IMG/VR virus record: IMGVR_UViG_3300037307_000190
From: a virus
Strand: one strand, 5' to 3'
DNA: 64,000 bases
The notes beneath the pieces were generated by a model. The model saw only the letters and a program-made list of their open reading frames with translations, had not been told where the DNA came from and did not search any database. Made by a program: the position numbers and the translations under genes. Below, one piece after another: positions 61,855-64,000 of the stretch (position 1 is its first letter; each line of letters opens with the position of its first letter).

Positions 61855-63779
61855 CGACCAAGCGGTTCTTCGTCAACGGCAAGCCCAGCGGGATGCTCGA
61901 CCACCATGGGCGGTACATGATCCCCGTTCTAAACCTGCTCGATGAGTGTCGCCGGCTCAAGCTTCCCCAACGAGCACAGGTGGTCGAGGAAGAGCAGGCC
62001 ATCGTCATCACCAGCCGATACGCAGGCACCGACACGGACTACGACGCGGAGCAAAGGCTGCTCTACGGGGCAAGGATCAGGGCCAAGACAACCCCGGACG
62101 AGGTCTGGATCGACCTGGACATCCGCGAGCCGAAAGTCAGCGCTCGAACCGGTGGCGTCGAGCCCGAGAAGGAGCCCTACCTGTGGGTCGGTGTGCGCAA
62201 GGCCGATGCGTGGGTCAAGGACTGGGGATACCAATCCGATCCCATCATCGTCAGCATCCACGAACCGGACAACAACGACGGGACGCTGCGGGCTGAAGTA
62301 GGAACGCACTGCGGACCCAACCGGGCACCATCCACCCCGCGGCAATGGATACCGGACACGACAGGCACGAGTGCGTACAAATACGAGCCGGTGATCCCAG
62401 CGATACCGAAGGTATTGATGACGCCGTCTGGACTGTGCTTCACCAGCACGGCATGGTATGGGCACACCTACACGTACTTGGAGGGCCAAGGCAACAGCGC
62501 GATTCCAGATCCATGGTGGATAGAAACTGACGCCGATTCAAGCCACTGGTGCTATGAAGCGCCATTCGACCCGCTGGTCGAAGATCAAAGCATACCAAAC
62601 ATCGCCTTTCAGCAATACCCGGACAGTGAGCCGCCTTTGCGCAGGAGATGGGACTGCACGGCGTGGCTTGACCCGGGCATGGTGCCGATCGACACATCAG
62701 ACGGACATCTTGCGAACTTCCTGAAGATCAAAGAGGGGATGTCCAATATGGGCGTGGTGCCCACCGCCATCGCAGGCAAGTACGTCGTGATGATCGGCAT
62801 CACGGACGGATGGTGCCAGAGCGAGAGTTGGGCAGCCGGCTACGACAACGCGATCGAAGTGGAGATCCGCGTCAACCGCCCGCCGGGTCAGATCCGCAAG
62901 CGTTTTCTCGTCAATCCGCTCAACTTCACCTCATACGCTGCTTGCGCATGGACCTACGGCTTTGAGAAGCCGGATTGGGTCTCGTCGTGGTGCGAGTACG
63001 AGTACGGCCCCAATCCACGGTGGAAGAACTGGTGGCAGGGCGCGTTTCTGGTGGACGTGATTCTCGGAACGATCGAAGCCGTGCCCTACTACATGCCGAC
63101 GAACGGGACGTTTCAGAAGCGATTGATGTCGAACTGGGAATGCACGCCGTCAAGGCGCTATCAGATCTCCTTCATCGGCACCAGCGCGCCGTTCTCAAAC
63201 GCTTTTCTCAGCTACCCAGCATTGCCGCAAGTCTTTGCTCCAAGAGCGCTGGAGTTGTCGAACCTGGGATATAGCTGGGGGCCCGGCCCCCTTACGTATC
63301 CAGTCAGTTGCCCCAACTGGTGCAACGGCGGTTCGTTGATGAACGCGGACCTAGTGCAACACCTTGCCTACGTCGAGTCCAACTCGTTCACGTTCGGCGA
63401 GATTTACCTGTACTGGTTCGACTCCAACTACCTGTTGAGCGATCCACCGCAAGACCACTTCGGCTACACACACCAGCCGGCGATCAACGTCGTGGACTGC
63501 ATGCGCGAGTACGACGCGGGAGCAAGACCCTACGCGCCCTACTACGAGAGCCAACTGAACGGCCCGGAAAGCGCGAAGCTGATTGCGGCGGCCGAGGCAC
63601 GGTTCACGGCGATGGGTGTTTCGCCGTACAACCAGTCGTTCTACTTCGACGTGCCGGGCTGGGGAACCGCGACCATGTTCACGACGCGCGTGGACGACGA
63701 CGATGGTTGCGGGGACAACACCGACATCTTCTCCACGCCGCAGGCGGCAATAGAACTTGAGATCCCACCAGGGGAGTGA
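61851..63779 (+). CDS. Trp/Tyr/Cys-rich virion protein (642 aa)
   Basis: GTGA start/stop overlap. Noticeably lower GC3 than its neighbours. Confidence 0.6.
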   Translation: MTTKRFFVNGKPSGMLDHHGRYMIPVLNLLDECRRLKLPQRAQVVEEEQAIVITSRYAGTDTDYDAEQRLLYGARIRAKTTPDEVWIDLDIREPKVSARTGGVEPEKEPYLWVGVRKADAWVKDWGYQSDPIIVSIHEPDNNDGTLRAEVGTHCGPNRAPSTPRQWIPDTTGTSAYKYEPVIPAIPKVLMTPSGLCFTSTAWYGHTYTYLEGQGNSAIPDPWWIETDADSSHWCYEAPFDPLVEDQSIPNIAFQQYPDSEPPLRRRWDCTAWLDPGMVPIDTSDGHLANFLKIKEGMSNMGVVPTAIAGKYVVMIGITDGWCQSESWAAGYDNAIEVEIRVNRPPGQIRKRFLVNPLNFTSYAACAWTYGFEKPDWVSSWCEYEYGPNPRWKNWWQGAFLVDVILGTIEAVPYYMPTNGTFQKRLMSNWECTPSRRYQISFIGTSAPFSNAFLSYPALPQVFAPRALELSNLGYSWGPGPLTYPVSCPNWCNGGSLMNADLVQHLAYVESNSFTFGEIYLYWFDSNYLLSDPPQDHFGYTHQPAINVVDCMREYDAGARPYAPYYESQLNGPESAKLIAAAEARFTAMGVSPYNQSFYFDVPGWGTATMFTTRVDDDDGCGDNTDIFSTPQAAIELEIPPGE

Positions 63780-63782
63780 CGC

Positions 63783-64000
63783 ATGGGTCGCAACACCATC
63801 ACCCTCAACACCTATCCCCTGCCCATCCTGCAGGCACCGGACCCGTGGGGCGGCAATCGCCCTTCGGAGATCGTCGGCACCGGATGGACGCAGGCGCAGG
63901 CCTATGCCAACGTGGCGTTCAACACCGCGCAGGCGTACATCTCGAACCTGTCGGACATCGCCGCTGCGGCTGCGGACTTGCCCACGATCTCGGCAGAAAT
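63783..64000 (+). CDS. 5' part of a virion protein gene truncated by the window end
   Basis: ATG at 63783, and the frame is open to the window edge. Peptide MGRNTITLNTYPLPILQAPDPWGG...DLPTISAEI. Confidence 0.6.
   Translation, partial: MGRNTITLNTYPLPILQAPDPWGGNRPSEIVGTGWTQAQAYANVAFNTAQAYISNLSDIAAAAADLPTISAE

Noticed and set aside
1-64000. Search for an integrase or recombinase, a CI-type repressor, a DNA polymerase, an RNA polymerase and CRISPR or retron components.
   Set aside because: No ORF showed tyrosine or serine recombinase, polymerase or reverse-transcriptase motifs on reading the translations. Absence cannot be proven without profile searches.

Overview
High-GC (~64-65%) window that reads as a nearly complete tailed-phage (podovirus-like) genome. 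I recall this architecture from Bcep22-type Burkholderia phages, but that is memory, not a search. All coordinates, motif reads and counts were made by hand, and all homology names are recollections that need HMM or BLAST confirmation.

Gene order:
- 1-17.6 kb (+): virion/ejection block, including a 4067-aa polyvalent protein with MTase, SNF2 helicase, HExxH and ART-like motifs.
- 17.8-21.9 kb (+): membrane and lysis block with a muramidase, a holin candidate and two separate Rz/Rz1 spanin pairs. It also holds a secreted-protein gene split by a G9 tract.
- 21.9-32.8 kb (-): leftward early operon headed by a Cro-like HTH gene, with a Toprim primase, an SF2 helicase and many small ORFs.
- 32.9-37.1 kb (+): ERF annealase, YqaJ-type exonuclease, RusA and a winged-helix protein, followed by a tRNA-like element.
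- 37.5-43.4 kb (+): an 1815-aa Gly/Ala/Ser-repeat fibre-like gene.
- 43.5-48.4 kb (-): a 10-gene island with an AAA+ ATPase.
- 48.6-64.0 kb (+): terS, terL, portal, scaffold, capsid and tail genes.

No integrase, DNA polymerase or RNA polymerase was seen.

Two observations stand out:
1. The small early ORFs between 22.7 and 27.7 kb are separated by about 10-12 imperfect palindromes with RYYYAAC...GTTRRRY boxes and the arm asymmetry of integron attC (59-be) sites. This looks like an integrase-less cassette array inside a phage.
2. Six Shine-Dalgarno-preceded small ORFs with high third-position GC (GC3) lie in the +1 frame inside the low-complexity linkers of the giant ORF. Host-frame GC3 collapses in exactly those stretches.
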